From Alphaproteobacteria bacterium (lineage in GTDB: Bacteria; Pseudomonadota; Alphaproteobacteria; MPNO01), in contig CBDFLJ010000001.1 of the NCBI GenBank assembly GCA_965248835.1, forward strand, positions 320,001 through 384,000: DNA of 64,000 nucleotides. The letters run 5' to 3'. The notes under the pieces were generated by a model. That model did no database searches. It had not been told where the DNA came from and worked only from the letters and a program-made list of their open reading frames with translations. A program made the position numbers and the translations under genes. How positions within the stretch are numbered: the stretch's first letter is position 1; each line of letters opens with the position of its first letter. Positions 41,267 to 51,300 of the stretch are shown here, piece after piece.

Positions 41267-42928
41267 TCAGCCGTCGGACCGGTAGGCGAGGCGCGCCGCA
41301 CCCTCGGTGACATAGCCCTCGGCGAGATCGCGGGCGATTGCCTCGTCGGCACGCGTCCGCGGGTCGCCGTATCCGCCGCCGCCGGCGGTCTCGAGCATGA
41401 AGCTCTCCCCGGCCTTCAGCGCATAGCGGCCCGAAGCCGGGGTCTCCTCGGCATCGGCGCTGCCGTGGCGGATGACGAACCGGCTGGCATGGCCGGGCCG
41501 GCCGCCGGCAAGCCCCAGCGGCGGCATCCGCGCGCGGTCGTAGCGGCGGGTGACGATCGCGTCCTGGAGCAGTTCGTAGGTGCGGCGAAAGCTAAGCCCG
41601 CCGCGGAACTCACCCGCCCCGCCGGCATCGGCGACCAGCTCGAAAGCGGTGATGCGGCAGGGAAACTCGGCCTCGAGGATCTCGATCGGGGTGATGTGCA
41701 GGTTCGACAGGTGGGTCGCCACCGCCGAGCACCCGTCATGGCCGGCCCCGCCGCCATAGGCCGAGGAGAAGATTTCGTATTGCAGGCTCGCCTGGCCCTC
41801 GCGCCCGCCGCCCAGCCAGTTGATCGCAATCGAGCCTGAAGAGCCCGAGTTGGCAATCGCGCGATCGGGCCGGAAATGGGCGAGCGCCTCCAGGATCACG
41901 TCGACCAGCTTGAGGTTGGCCTTCTGGTAGGACGAGACCGGCGCCGGCGGGCGGGCGTTGGTTACGGTGTCCTGCCCGTAGACGATGTCCACGACCTCGC
42001 GCATGCCGTCGTTGAACTGGAGATCCGGGCCCAGGCAGCCGATCAGCGAATAGAACACGCAGGCCTCGACCATCGAGGGGCGCAGGTTGATCGGCCCCTT
42101 GGCCTGGCGGTCGCTGCCGCCGACATCGACGGTGATGCGCTCGCCGGCGACGGTGACGGTGGCGTTGAACCGCACCGGGCGGTCGAGCTCGACCCCGTCG
42201 TCGTCCATATGGCCGACGGCCGAGGCCACGCCGTCCGGCAGCGCCGCGACGGCCGCGCGCAGCTCGCCGGCGGCGCCATCGAGAATCGCCTGAAAGGCTC
42301 CCAGCACGGTCTCCGCCCCGAACCGTGCGCACAGCGCCTGCATGCGCTCGACCCCGAGCCGGGTCGCGGCGATCTGCGCCTTGATGTCGCCCTCCACCAG
42401 AGCCGGCTGACGGCTGTTCGCGAGGATCAGCCGGTGGATATCGCCGTCCTCTTCTCCGCCCGCGGCGATCCGGATCGGCGGCAGCAACAGCCCCTCGTGG
42501 AAGATCTCCGTCGCGTTGGACGAGGTGCTGCCCGGGTTGGTGCCACCGATATCGGCCTTGTGGGCGATCGATCCGGCGAAGCCGAGCAGCGTGCCGTCGG
42601 CGAAGATCGGCGATGCGAAGGCCATGTCGGAGACGTGCGGCAGCCCACCCTCATAGGGGTGGTTGCAAACCAGCACATCGCCCGCCGCGAGCCCGTCCTC
42701 GCCGTAGAGCGCGAGAATGCGCCCGATCAGGTGCTTGTAGACCGGGGCATGGAAGAACATCGGCGGGGCGGTGATCAGCCCTCCGCTGCGGTCGAGGATC
42801 ACGCAGCTGAAATCGCGCGATTCGCGGATGATGGTCGAATAGCCCGAGCGGTAGAAATGGTAGTGCATCTCCTCGACGAGGCTTGCGACCTTGCCGCGCA
42901 GTACCTGGACGGTGATGGGATCAACCAC
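41267..42928 (-). CDS. Hydantoinase B / oxoprolinase family subunit
   Basis: STIIRESRDFSC, NHPYEGG.PH..D, EIFHEGL, TPIEILE.EFP, GGAGEFRGG, GGGGYGDP. Confidence 0.92.
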   Translation of the reverse strand: MVDPITVQVLRGKVASLVEEMHYHFYRSGYSTIIRESRDFSCVILDRSGGLITAPPMFFHAPVYKHLIGRILALYGEDGLAAGDVLVCNHPYEGGLPHVSDMAFASPIFADGTLLGFAGSIAHKADIGGTNPGSTSSNATEIFHEGLLLPPIRIAAGGEEDGDIHRLILANSRQPALVEGDIKAQIAATRLGVERMQALCARFGAETVLGAFQAILDGAAGELRAAVAALPDGVASAVGHMDDDGVELDRPVRFNATVTVAGERITVDVGGSDRQAKGPINLRPSMVEACVFYSLIGCLGPDLQFNDGMREVVDIVYGQDTVTNARPPAPVSSYQKANLKLVDVILEALAHFRPDRAIANSGSSGSIAINWLGGGREGQASLQYEIFSSAYGGGAGHDGCSAVATHLSNLHITPIEILEAEFPCRITAFELVADAGGAGEFRGGLSFRRTYELLQDAIVTRRYDRARMPPLGLAGGRPGHASRFVIRHGSADAEETPASGRYALKAGESFMLETAGGGGYGDPRTRADEAIARDLAEGYVTEGAARLAYRSDG

Positions 42929-45023
42929 CGCCGCCGGGCGCCCGCGTCAGCACGAGGTTGAGATGGGCATCGACGCAAGCCGTCCAGCCGGCGGGGACGA
43001 CTGTCGTGGCGTCGAACTGCTCGACCACCGCCGGGCCGGCGAAGCGGGTGCCGGCGGCCAGGCGATCACGATCGATGATCAGCGTATCGCTCGCATCGCG
43101 GCCGTCGAAATAGACCGTGCGCCGGCCCTTGACCGCGCCGGCCGGCAGGTCGGCGCTTGCCGCCGGGGGGTGAGCGACCGGCTCGTATTTCGGCACCGCC
43201 ACCCGCACGCGCAGGCGGTAGCTGACGATCTCGACCTCCTTCTCGAGGGCGGCATGGCCGTGAATGCGGGCATGGTGGTCGTCGAACCGCCGGCGTGCGG
43301 CGGCCAGGCCCTCGGCGTCGAGCCCGCCGGGACCGAGCCCGTCGAGCGGCACGCGGAGTTCGTAGCCCTGGCCGACATAGCGCATGTCGAACTCCCGCAA
43401 CCGTTCGGCCGCACCGGGATCGAGGCCTTCGCCGGCGAGGTCCGCGTTGGCGCGCGCCTCGAGATCGCGGAATACGGCCTCGGCATGATTGGGGCGAAGC
43501 TGGCCGAGCGGGCGCAGCCCGGAGCGGACGTAGTCGTGCACGACGTTCGAACACAACAGCCCGAGCGCCGAAAACGCGCCTGGCCGTTGCGGCACCAGGA
43601 TGCGCCCCATGCCGAGCTCCTCGGCGACGCCGGCGGCGTGGACGGCACCCGCGCCGCCGAACGGCAGCAGGGCGAAATCGTGCGGATCGACGCCGCGCTT
43701 TGCTGCGACCACCCGGACCTCATCGGCCATGCGCATGTCGACGATGCGCCGGATCCCGGCGGCCGCCTCGCGCGCGGTCATGCCCAGCCGGTCGCCGATC
43801 CGGGTCCGGAGCGCGGCCGTCGCCGCCGCGACATCGAGGCTTTGCGCGCCGCCCAGCAGATGGTCGGGATTGAGATAGCCGCACACCACATCGGCATCGG
43901 TGACCGTCGGGTCCTCGCCGCCCTTGCCGTAGCATGCCGGGCCGGGCTCGGCGCCGGCACTGCGTGGACCAACCGACAGGAACCCGGCGCTGTCGATCCA
44001 GGCGATCGAGCCGCCGCCGGCCGAGATCGTCGTCAGATCGAGCGCCGGCACCCCGATCGGGCGGCGGGCGATCACGCCCTCGGTGACCTCTAGCGGTGCG
44101 CCGCCCTCGATGAAGGCGATGTCACAGCTCGTGCCGCCCATGTCGAGCGTCACCAGCCCCGTCTCGGCGTCGGCGCGCGCGAGGTAGGCGCTGGCCTGGG
44201 CACCGGCCGCGGGCCCGGACAGCAGCGTATGGACGGTCTTGCCGCCGGCGATCGCGGCGGTGAACGGCATCACCCCGCCGTTCGACTGCATCAGAAAGCG
44301 CTGCCGGGTGGTCACGCCCTCGGCATCGAGGCCGGCGGCAAGATCGCCGACATAGCGGACCAGCACCGGCTCCAGATAGGCGTTCATCAAGGTCGTGGAC
44401 ATGCGCGGCCATTCGCGCAGCCGCGGCAGCACGTCGCTCGACAGCGAGACCGTCGCCGCGGGATGGATTTCGGCGATGATCTCCTTGGTGGCCTGCTCAT
44501 GGGCGGGGTTCATGAACGAGAACAGGTAGCAGACCGCGATCGAGGCGACGTCGGCCTCGCGCAGGGATCGTGCGGCTTCGGCGACCGCGTCGCGGTCCAG
44601 CGGGGCGAGCTCGTTGCCCTGGTAATCGATCCGCCCGGAGATTTCGCGGGTCAGGCTCTGCGGGGCGATCGGCACCGGCTTCTCGTAGAAATAGTCGAAC
44701 GGGTTGCCGTCGCGCGCCTGGGATTGGACCTCCTGGATCGCGCGGTAACCCTTGGTGATCAGCATCCCGACCTTGGCGCCGCGCATCTCCAGCAGCGCAT
44801 TGGTGGTAATCGTCGTGCCGTGGGCGAAGAACGCGATCGCGCCCGGCGCCACGCCGGCGGCGGCGAACCTGCGCACGCCCTCCAGCACCGCCAGCGCCGG
44901 GTTTGCCGGCGTGCTCGCGACCTTCTCGATCGCAATCGTGCCGTCGGCGGCATTCAACAGCACCAGGTCGGTGTGGGTCCCGCCGACGTCGACGCCCAGC
45001 CGATAGCCGCCTTGCCCGCTCAT
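42921..45023 (-). CDS. Hydantoinase A / oxoprolinase family ATP-binding subunit
   Basis: DVGGTHTD, HGTT, SGPAAG, DMGGTSCD, AGGGSIA, GP.SAGA.PGP.CY, EFDMRYVGQ. Confidence 0.93.
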   Translation of the reverse strand: MSGQGGYRLGVDVGGTHTDLVLLNAADGTIAIEKVASTPANPALAVLEGVRRFAAAGVAPGAIAFFAHGTTITTNALLEMRGAKVGMLITKGYRAIQEVQSQARDGNPFDYFYEKPVPIAPQSLTREISGRIDYQGNELAPLDRDAVAEAARSLREADVASIAVCYLFSFMNPAHEQATKEIIAEIHPAATVSLSSDVLPRLREWPRMSTTLMNAYLEPVLVRYVGDLAAGLDAEGVTTRQRFLMQSNGGVMPFTAAIAGGKTVHTLLSGPAAGAQASAYLARADAETGLVTLDMGGTSCDIAFIEGGAPLEVTEGVIARRPIGVPALDLTTISAGGGSIAWIDSAGFLSVGPRSAGAEPGPACYGKGGEDPTVTDADVVCGYLNPDHLLGGAQSLDVAAATAALRTRIGDRLGMTAREAAAGIRRIVDMRMADEVRVVAAKRGVDPHDFALLPFGGAGAVHAAGVAEELGMGRILVPQRPGAFSALGLLCSNVVHDYVRSGLRPLGQLRPNHAEAVFRDLEARANADLAGEGLDPGAAERLREFDMRYVGQGYELRVPLDGLGPGGLDAEGLAAARRRFDDHHARIHGHAALEKEVEIVSYRLRVRVAVPKYEPVAHPPAASADLPAGAVKGRRTVYFDGRDASDTLIIDRDRLAAGTRFAGPAVVEQFDATTVVPAGWTACVDAHLNLVLTRAPGGGG

Positions 45024-45032
45024 TGTGCCGGA

Positions 45033-45497
45033 CTAGTGCCCATGATCGTGATCGTGATCGTGATCATGGGGATGATGATGGTGGTGATCCGTCGGAGCCA
45101 GGATCGATTTGGGCACGGCGCGCGCGATCTCCTTGTGCAGCGCGGCCAGTTGGTGGGGCGTGACGGTGAAGCCGAGGTCGAAGCCGAACATGCGGGCCAC
45201 GAGCACGAGCTGGGCGGATTCCATGTCGCGCATGAGGCCGATATCGGAGGTCTCGATCGGCTCGATGCTCACCTTGTCGCTGTGGCCGAAGGATTTCGGG
45301 GCGACATCCTCGCGCGCCGCCGCGGCATTCCGGCCCAGCCCGACCATATAGCGGATCATCGCGGCGAGGTCGGCGTGACCGCATTCGACCTCGACCGCTT
45401 CGCCGCCGGCGCCAAGGACCCGGAAGGACACGCGCATGCCGTCCTCGCTGATACCGGGGCGGTCGAGCCGGTCGAGGCTCATATGCTGCTGGTTCAT
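45033..45497 (-). CDS. Hypothetical protein with His/Asp-rich C-terminal tail
   Basis: ATGA overlap with pip, RBS GGAAGAG; ends DHHHHHPHDHDHDHDHGH. Confidence 0.8.
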   Translation of the reverse strand: MNQQHMSLDRLDRPGISEDGMRVSFRVLGAGGEAVEVECGHADLAAMIRYMVGLGRNAAAAREDVAPKSFGHSDKVSIEPIETSDIGLMRDMESAQLVLVARMFGFDLGFTVTPHQLAALHKEIARAVPKSILAPTDHHHHHPHDHDHDHDHGH

Positions 45498-46447
45498 CGT
45501 CTCTTCCCGGACTTGAGGCTCTCCGTCGCCCTGACCAAAGCCTTGCAGATTCCCGGATCCATCGCCGAGTGGCCGGAATCGGGCACCACCGTATAGTGGG
45601 CCTCCGGCCAGGCGCGGTGCAACGCATCGGCGGTGACGATCGGGCAGACCATGTCGTAGCGGCCCTGAACGATCGTGCAGGGCAGATGGCGGATGGAGTC
45701 GATCGCGCCGATCAGCCCGCCTGCGGGCAAAAAGAGCTGGTTGATGAAATAGTGCGTCTCGATCCGGGCAAGCCCGGTCGCCATCGAATCCTCGCTGAAC
45801 GCGGCCACCGTCTCGGGGCTCGGCAGGAGTGTCGAGCACGAGCCTTCGTACCGGCTCCAGGCCCGGGCGGCGGGCAGCGATATCTTGGCATCCTCGCTCA
45901 TCAGTCGGCGATGGTAGGCGCCCAGAATATCCTCGCGCTCGTTCTCCTCGAGGATCTCCACCAGCGCCTGCCAGGCCTCGGGAAAGACCGAGCGCATGCC
46001 GTAAAGGAACCATTGGATCTCCGGCGCGGTACCGAGGAAAATGCCGCGCAGGATCAGACCCGAGGTCCGCTCCGGATAGGCCTGGGCATAGGCCAATGCC
46101 AGCGTGCTGCCCCAGGAGCCGCCGAACAGCAGCCACGCCTCGATCTTGAGCATGGCGCGGATCCGTTCCATATCCGCGATCAGATGCCCGGTCGTGTTGT
46201 CGCGCAGTTCGCCGCGCGGCCTCGAGCGGCCGGCGCCGCGCTGGTCGAAGACCACGATTCGATAGTGATGGGGATCGAAGAACCGACGATGGACGGGAAC
46301 CGCGCCGGCGCCAGGACCGCCATGGAGAAAGACCGCAGGCACGCCTTCAGGGTTGCCGGAGACTTCCCAGTAGATCCGGTGAAGGTCGTCGACCGCCAGC
46401 GTGCCGCTGTCATAAGGCTCGATATGGGGATAAAGCTGCTCGCGCAT
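45494..46447 (-). CDS. pip: Proline iminopeptidase
   Basis: LHGGPG, FDQRGAGRS.P, GGSWGSTL, QGRYDMVCP, GHS. Confidence 0.96.
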   Translation of the reverse strand: MREQLYPHIEPYDSGTLAVDDLHRIYWEVSGNPEGVPAVFLHGGPGAGAVPVHRRFFDPHHYRIVVFDQRGAGRSRPRGELRDNTTGHLIADMERIRAMLKIEAWLLFGGSWGSTLALAYAQAYPERTSGLILRGIFLGTAPEIQWFLYGMRSVFPEAWQALVEILEENEREDILGAYHRRLMSEDAKISLPAARAWSRYEGSCSTLLPSPETVAAFSEDSMATGLARIETHYFINQLFLPAGGLIGAIDSIRHLPCTIVQGRYDMVCPIVTADALHRAWPEAHYTVVPDSGHSAMDPGICKALVRATESLKSGKRR

Positions 46448-46495
46448 TATCGCAAGGTGATCGACCAAATTCGAGGCAACCCTCGCTGTTTGGTC

Positions 46496-47353
46496 ATGCC
46501 GGCCGAGGGGCACAAGCGTGGCGACGCACGGCGGATTGCCCCGAGGGCCGCCACATTCTACGCAAGTGTCTTGCTATGGCAACTGGCGCTGTCGCCGGCC
46601 TGGGCGGCGGCGGCGCATGCGCCCACCCCTGTCGGGACGCCGCGCGAAGGAACCGTACAGGCTGTCGTCGACGGCGACACGGTGATCCTGACCAGCGGCG
46701 CGCACGTCCGGCTGATCGGCATCCAGGCGCCCAAGCTGCCGCTGGGCCGGCAGGGTTTCAAGGCGTGGCCGCTGGCGCAAGAAGCCAAGGCGGCGCTGGC
46801 CTCGCTCGTCCTCGGCCGGCCCGTGGCGCTATCCTATGACGGGCTACGGATCGACCGGCATCGCCGCCTGCTGGCGCATCTGAGCGTCGGAGACATCGGC
46901 GGCGGCAAGCGGCTCTGGGTCCAGGAGGAGCTGCTGAACCGCGGCTTCGCCCGCGTCTACACCTTCGCCGACAACCGCGGGCGGGCATCGGCGATGCTCC
47001 AGGCGGAGCGCGCCGCGCGGGCCGCCCGGCGGGGCATATGGTCGCGGCGTTTCTATCGCATCTTGAGCCATGATCAGGCCCACAGGTTCCTCGACACCTT
47101 TCAACTCGTGGAAGGTACCGTGGTCGATGCCGCGGTCGTCAGGGGGCGCGGCTACCTCAACTTCGCGGCCGACTGGCGGCGCGACTTCACCATCTCGATC
47201 GCACCGCGCGACATTGGCAGATTCCGCCGGGCCGGCCTGGAACCCGTCGCGCTGGCCGGGCGCACGGTCCGCGTGCGCGGCTGGCTGTACTGGCGCAACG
47301 GGCCGATGATCGATGCCACCCACCCCGAGCAGTTGGAGGTGCTCGATCGATGA
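46496..47353 (+). CDS. Thermonuclease (SNase-like) protein with C-terminal OB-like domain; start uncertain
   Basis: VVDGDT, RLIGIQAP, DRHRRLLAH, AERAAR..RRGIW, YLNF..DWRRDFT. Confidence 0.85.
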   Translation: MPAEGHKRGDARRIAPRAATFYASVLLWQLALSPAWAAAAHAPTPVGTPREGTVQAVVDGDTVILTSGAHVRLIGIQAPKLPLGRQGFKAWPLAQEAKAALASLVLGRPVALSYDGLRIDRHRRLLAHLSVGDIGGGKRLWVQEELLNRGFARVYTFADNRGRASAMLQAERAARAARRGIWSRRFYRILSHDQAHRFLDTFQLVEGTVVDAAVVRGRGYLNFAADWRRDFTISIAPRDIGRFRRAGLEPVALAGRTVRVRGWLYWRNGPMIDATHPEQLEVLDR

Positions 47354-48840
47354 TCACAAGAGTTTCGATACCGGCAGCCGTCCTGGCGATCGCCCTGCTG
47401 GCCGTCGGCGCCGGCGGGTGCACGGTCAATCCGGCGACGGGCGAGCGCGCGTTCACGGCCGGCATGTCGAACCGGCAGGAGGTCGAGACCGGCCGCAAGC
47501 TCCACCCCAGGGTCCTGGCCGAGATGGGCGGGGCCGTTGGCGACAAGGCACTGGCACGCTACGTCGACAGCATTGGCCAGTTCCTGGCGCGGACCGGCGA
47601 ACGGACCGACATCAAATACACCTTCACGGTCCTCGATTCCGACATCGTCAATGCCTTCGCCATCCCCGGCGGCTACATCTATATCAACCGCGGCCTGCTG
47701 GCGCTTGCCGATGACGAGGCCGAACTCGCCGCGGTCCTGGCCCACGAGCTCGGCCACATCACCGCGCTCCACCACGCCCGCCGCCATGGCCAGTCCTTGC
47801 TCGCCAATATCGGACTGCTTGCCGCCGGAGCGCTCGCCGGGGCCGCCGCGCCGGGCAGCGAGCGGGACATCATGAGGCTCGGCGAGCTGGTCGCGGCGGG
47901 CGCCCTGCAGAGCTACTCGCGGAAGCATGAATACCAGGCCGACGACCTCGCCATCCGCTACCTGTCGCGCGCCGGCTACGACCCTGGGGCGGTGGCGCGC
48001 TTCCTCGCCAAGCTGCGCGCCCACAGCCGACTGGAGGCGGCGATCGCCGGCAAATCCCCGGACAGCGTCGACCGGTTCGACTACCTCGCCTCCCATCCAG
48101 CGCCCAAGGCCCGCGTCACCCGCGCCGGCGCCAAGGCAAAAGGAGTCAAGGTCAAGCAGCCGATGACCGCGCGCGCGGTCTATCTCGGCAAGATCGACGG
48201 GATGATCTACGGCGGGTCCCCGGAGCAAGGCTTCGTGCGCGGCCGCGACTTCATCCACCCGAAGCTGCGGTTCCGCTTTGCCGTGCCCAAGGGTTTCCGG
48301 CTGCGCAACACGCCGAGCGCCGTGACTGCCGAGGGTCCAGACGCATCGTCGATCGTCTTCGACATGGCGCGCAATGCCGCTCGGCGCGACACGTATTTCT
48401 ACCTGACCTCCGTCTGGGCGAAGGGCGCGCGGCTGGAGCGGGTGCGCAACATCACGGTCGACCGGTTAAAGGGCACGGAGGGGTTCACCAAGGTCCAGAC
48501 GCGGCGCGGCCTTGCCGATCTACGGCTGGTCGCGATCCGCGGCAAGCACGATCGGGTCTACCGATTCATGTTCCTGTCCCCGCTCCACCGGACCGCGCGG
48601 CTAAGGCGCGGCTTCGATGCGACGCTGGGCAGCTTTCGCCGGATCGGCAGCGCTGAAGCCGCTTCGGTCAAGCCGCGGCGGCTGAAGATCGTGCGCGTCG
48701 GAAGCGGCGAGACCCAGCGCACGATGGCCGCACGCATGGCCGTCCCCGAGCGCGCATTGGAGCGTTTCCAGGTGCTCAACGGGCTCGAGCCGAGCGAGAG
48801 GCTGCGCCCGGGTCAACGGGTGAAGATCATCACCGAATAG
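47350..48840 (+). CDS. M48 family Zn metalloprotease, probable lipoprotein with C-terminal LysM-like region
   Basis: GCTVNPATG lipobox-like, NAFA.PGG, HELGH, YSR..EYQAD, SHP. Confidence 0.92.
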   Translation: MITRVSIPAAVLAIALLAVGAGGCTVNPATGERAFTAGMSNRQEVETGRKLHPRVLAEMGGAVGDKALARYVDSIGQFLARTGERTDIKYTFTVLDSDIVNAFAIPGGYIYINRGLLALADDEAELAAVLAHELGHITALHHARRHGQSLLANIGLLAAGALAGAAAPGSERDIMRLGELVAAGALQSYSRKHEYQADDLAIRYLSRAGYDPGAVARFLAKLRAHSRLEAAIAGKSPDSVDRFDYLASHPAPKARVTRAGAKAKGVKVKQPMTARAVYLGKIDGMIYGGSPEQGFVRGRDFIHPKLRFRFAVPKGFRLRNTPSAVTAEGPDASSIVFDMARNAARRDTYFYLTSVWAKGARLERVRNITVDRLKGTEGFTKVQTRRGLADLRLVAIRGKHDRVYRFMFLSPLHRTARLRRGFDATLGSFRRIGSAEAASVKPRRLKIVRVGSGETQRTMAARMAVPERALERFQVLNGLEPSERLRPGQRVKIITE

Positions 48841-49303
48841 GCAGCGCCTCAAGCGCCGCCGCGATCACCGCGCAGGCGCGGGCGCGAGCATCCCGCCGGC
48901 CGCTCGCACGCGGCCCGGCGACGTTGAGCACGTCGATTCCGTGGTCGCCGATCCAGGCAGCCGCGCGGGCCGCAGCGCCCATGTCGTCCTCGACGTCCAT
49001 GTCGACGACCAGACAGGGGCGGCCGAGGCGCGCAGCCATACCGACCGTCGCGCCGGTCCCGCCGCTCGGCGGACCCCAGCTCAGCACCAGCGTGCCGTCG
49101 GAATCCCGGACATTGCGCCGGGTGCGCTCGATGTAGCTGGCGCTCGGGGTCTCGCGCAGGGGGTAGCACGCCGGGATCACACCGTCCTCGGCCCGGCGTC
49201 CGCGCGGGCACCAGCCGCCGCACGGCGTGCCCGCCGCGAGCGCGGCGTCGAGCGCCCCGCGGTCGACGCCGGTCTGGCCGCCGGAGATGATGCGTTCAAT
49301 CAT
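48830..49303 (-). CDS. Putative molybdenum-carrier / circularly permuted YpsA SLOG protein
   Basis: IISGGQTGVDRGALD, GGWCPRGRRAEDG, RTRRNVRDSDGT, LNVAGPRAS. Confidence 0.88.
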   Translation of the reverse strand: MIERIISGGQTGVDRGALDAALAAGTPCGGWCPRGRRAEDGVIPACYPLRETPSASYIERTRRNVRDSDGTLVLSWGPPSGGTGATVGMAARLGRPCLVVDMDVEDDMGAAARAAAWIGDHGIDVLNVAGPRASGRRDARARACAVIAAALEALPIR

Positions 49304-49407
49304 GCGCCTGCCGCATCGCCGCGCGGTGCCGAGACCCCGCCCCTTTGTCGTGGCGGCCATCATGGCGGGCGATTGCCACTGCGCAAAGCGCATCATATCT
49401 TGCGGCG

Positions 49408-51276
49408 ATGCTGCGCGCGTTCAGATCCCCGGGTTCGCCGGCCGCGACGGCCGCTGCGGCGGGTGATGGCCGGTTCCGCCTGTCGATCTCCACCGCCCTG
49501 ATCGCCGGGATCTGCGGGCTGGTCTTCCTCGGGACGGTTTCCGTGCTGGGAATCGGGCTGTGGGGGGCGGCGCGCAACACCTTGGGCCTGGTTGCCGACA
49601 AGGCCGAACTTGCAATCGGCGGACTTGCCCGCAGCCTGCGTCAGTATCTGGACCCGGTGCGTGAAGGCAACGCGTTCCTGACCGCGTTGATCCGGCGCGG
49701 CGAGATCGACGTCACCGACACCGTCCAGCTCGTCGACTACATGATCGGCTCTATGGCCGCGACACCGCAGATTCTGGTGATGGCCTTCATCTCGCCCTCG
49801 GCCGAAATCATCCGGGTCCGCCGGTCGGACGAGGCGCTCGGGATCGATGTCCGGAACGGTGCCGACAATCCGCGGTTCATTGCCGCGGTCGCCGAGGCGC
49901 GCACGCGCGATCGAGCCTACTGGGGATCACTTGTCTGGAGCGAGGAGGGCGCGACGACGCTGGTCAATCTGCGCTCGCCGATCAAGCGTAACGGCCGCTT
50001 CATCGGCATGCTGGTCTCCACCGTGAGCGTGCGAAGCCTGTCCCGCTTCCTGCGCGAGGAGCGGGCCGGCCCGTTACCCGACGGGTTCATCCTCTATGGA
50101 CCCAACCATGTGCTGGCCCACCGGTCCCTGGCCGAGGGCGCGTGGCCGCGGTCGCCCGATATCCCGCTCCCCGGGATCGAGCAGATCGACGATCCGGTGC
50201 TCGCCAACCTGTGGAACGATGCGGCGCGGCGTGACTTGGCGCTGCTGCGGTTAAACGAACGGACCAAGGGACATCTGGTGGAGGTCGGCGGCGAGAACTA
50301 TCCGGTTCTCTACCGCGAGATCGACGGTTATGCCGACCGGCCGCTGCTGGTGGGGGCCTATGTCAGGCCCGGCTCGGCCGATGGTGATGAGTTCCTGCGG
50401 CTGCAGATCACCGGCCTCGTCGGGCTCGGGATCCTCGTCCTCGGGGTCGTCGCCGCGCTGATCCTCGGACGCGGCCTCGCCCGACCGATCGCCGGGCTGG
50501 CCGATGCGACCCGACGGGTGGGCGCGCTCGAGCTGTCCGACGTGCCCACGGTGCCGACCAGCCGGCTGCGCGAGCTCGACGATGCCGCGCACAGCTTCAA
50601 CGGCATGATCGGCGCGCTCAGGCGGTTCGAGACCTATGTGCCGCGCAAGCTGGTCGCCCGCCTGATTGCGCTGGGCCCGGATGCGGACATAGCCTCGGAG
50701 GAGCGCGAGGTGACCGTGATGTTCACCGACATCGTCCGCTTCACGGCGCTCGCCGAGGCCCTCGGCCCGGCGGAGACGGCGAATCTCCTGAACGCCCATT
50801 TCAGCCTGCTGGCCGCGTGCATCGACGACGCCGAGGGCACGCTGGACAAGTATATCGGCGATTCGGTGATGGCATTCTGGGGACCGCCCTTCGGCGGCAC
50901 CGACCATGCCGGCCAGGCCTGCCGCGCCGCCCTTGCGATTCGCGGCGCGTTGGCCGCCGACAACGCCCGGCGCCGGGCTGCCGGCCTCGCCCCGGTCCAC
51001 GTCCGGATCGGGCTCCATACCGGGCCCGCGATCGTCGGCAATATCGGCGCACCGGGCCGGATCAACTACACCCTGGTGGGCGAGACGGTGAACACCGCCC
51101 AGCGGCTGGAGCAGCTCGGCAAGACCATATCCCTGCCGGTGGACGCGGAGGAGGCGACAACGGTGCTGTTGAGCGAGGCCGTGGAAGCCCGCGTCCAGGG
51201 CAGGTTTCAGCTTCGCCGGTTGGGGCCCCAGGAGATCCGCGGCCGCGCCGAGGTCCTGAACGTCTACGCGCTGTGA
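49408..51276 (+). CDS. Membrane class III adenylate cyclase (TM-Cache-like-TM-HAMP-CYC)
   Basis: VMFTDIV.FT, DKYIGDSVMAFW, RIGLHTG, YTLVG.TVN.AQRLE. Confidence 0.92.
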   Translation: MLRAFRSPGSPAATAAAAGDGRFRLSISTALIAGICGLVFLGTVSVLGIGLWGAARNTLGLVADKAELAIGGLARSLRQYLDPVREGNAFLTALIRRGEIDVTDTVQLVDYMIGSMAATPQILVMAFISPSAEIIRVRRSDEALGIDVRNGADNPRFIAAVAEARTRDRAYWGSLVWSEEGATTLVNLRSPIKRNGRFIGMLVSTVSVRSLSRFLREERAGPLPDGFILYGPNHVLAHRSLAEGAWPRSPDIPLPGIEQIDDPVLANLWNDAARRDLALLRLNERTKGHLVEVGGENYPVLYREIDGYADRPLLVGAYVRPGSADGDEFLRLQITGLVGLGILVLGVVAALILGRGLARPIAGLADATRRVGALELSDVPTVPTSRLRELDDAAHSFNGMIGALRRFETYVPRKLVARLIALGPDADIASEEREVTVMFTDIVRFTALAEALGPAETANLLNAHFSLLAACIDDAEGTLDKYIGDSVMAFWGPPFGGTDHAGQACRAALAIRGALAADNARRRAAGLAPVHVRIGLHTGPAIVGNIGAPGRINYTLVGETVNTAQRLEQLGKTISLPVDAEEATTVLLSEAVEARVQGRFQLRRLGPQEIRGRAEVLNVYAL

Positions 51277-51300
51277 TGCGAGGCCGCAGCGCGGCGCCCG

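Noticed and set aside
45036-45090. GATCGT/GATGAT short tandem repeat as a phase-variation locus
   Set aside because: Units are multiples of 3 and are explained by the His/Asp tail.
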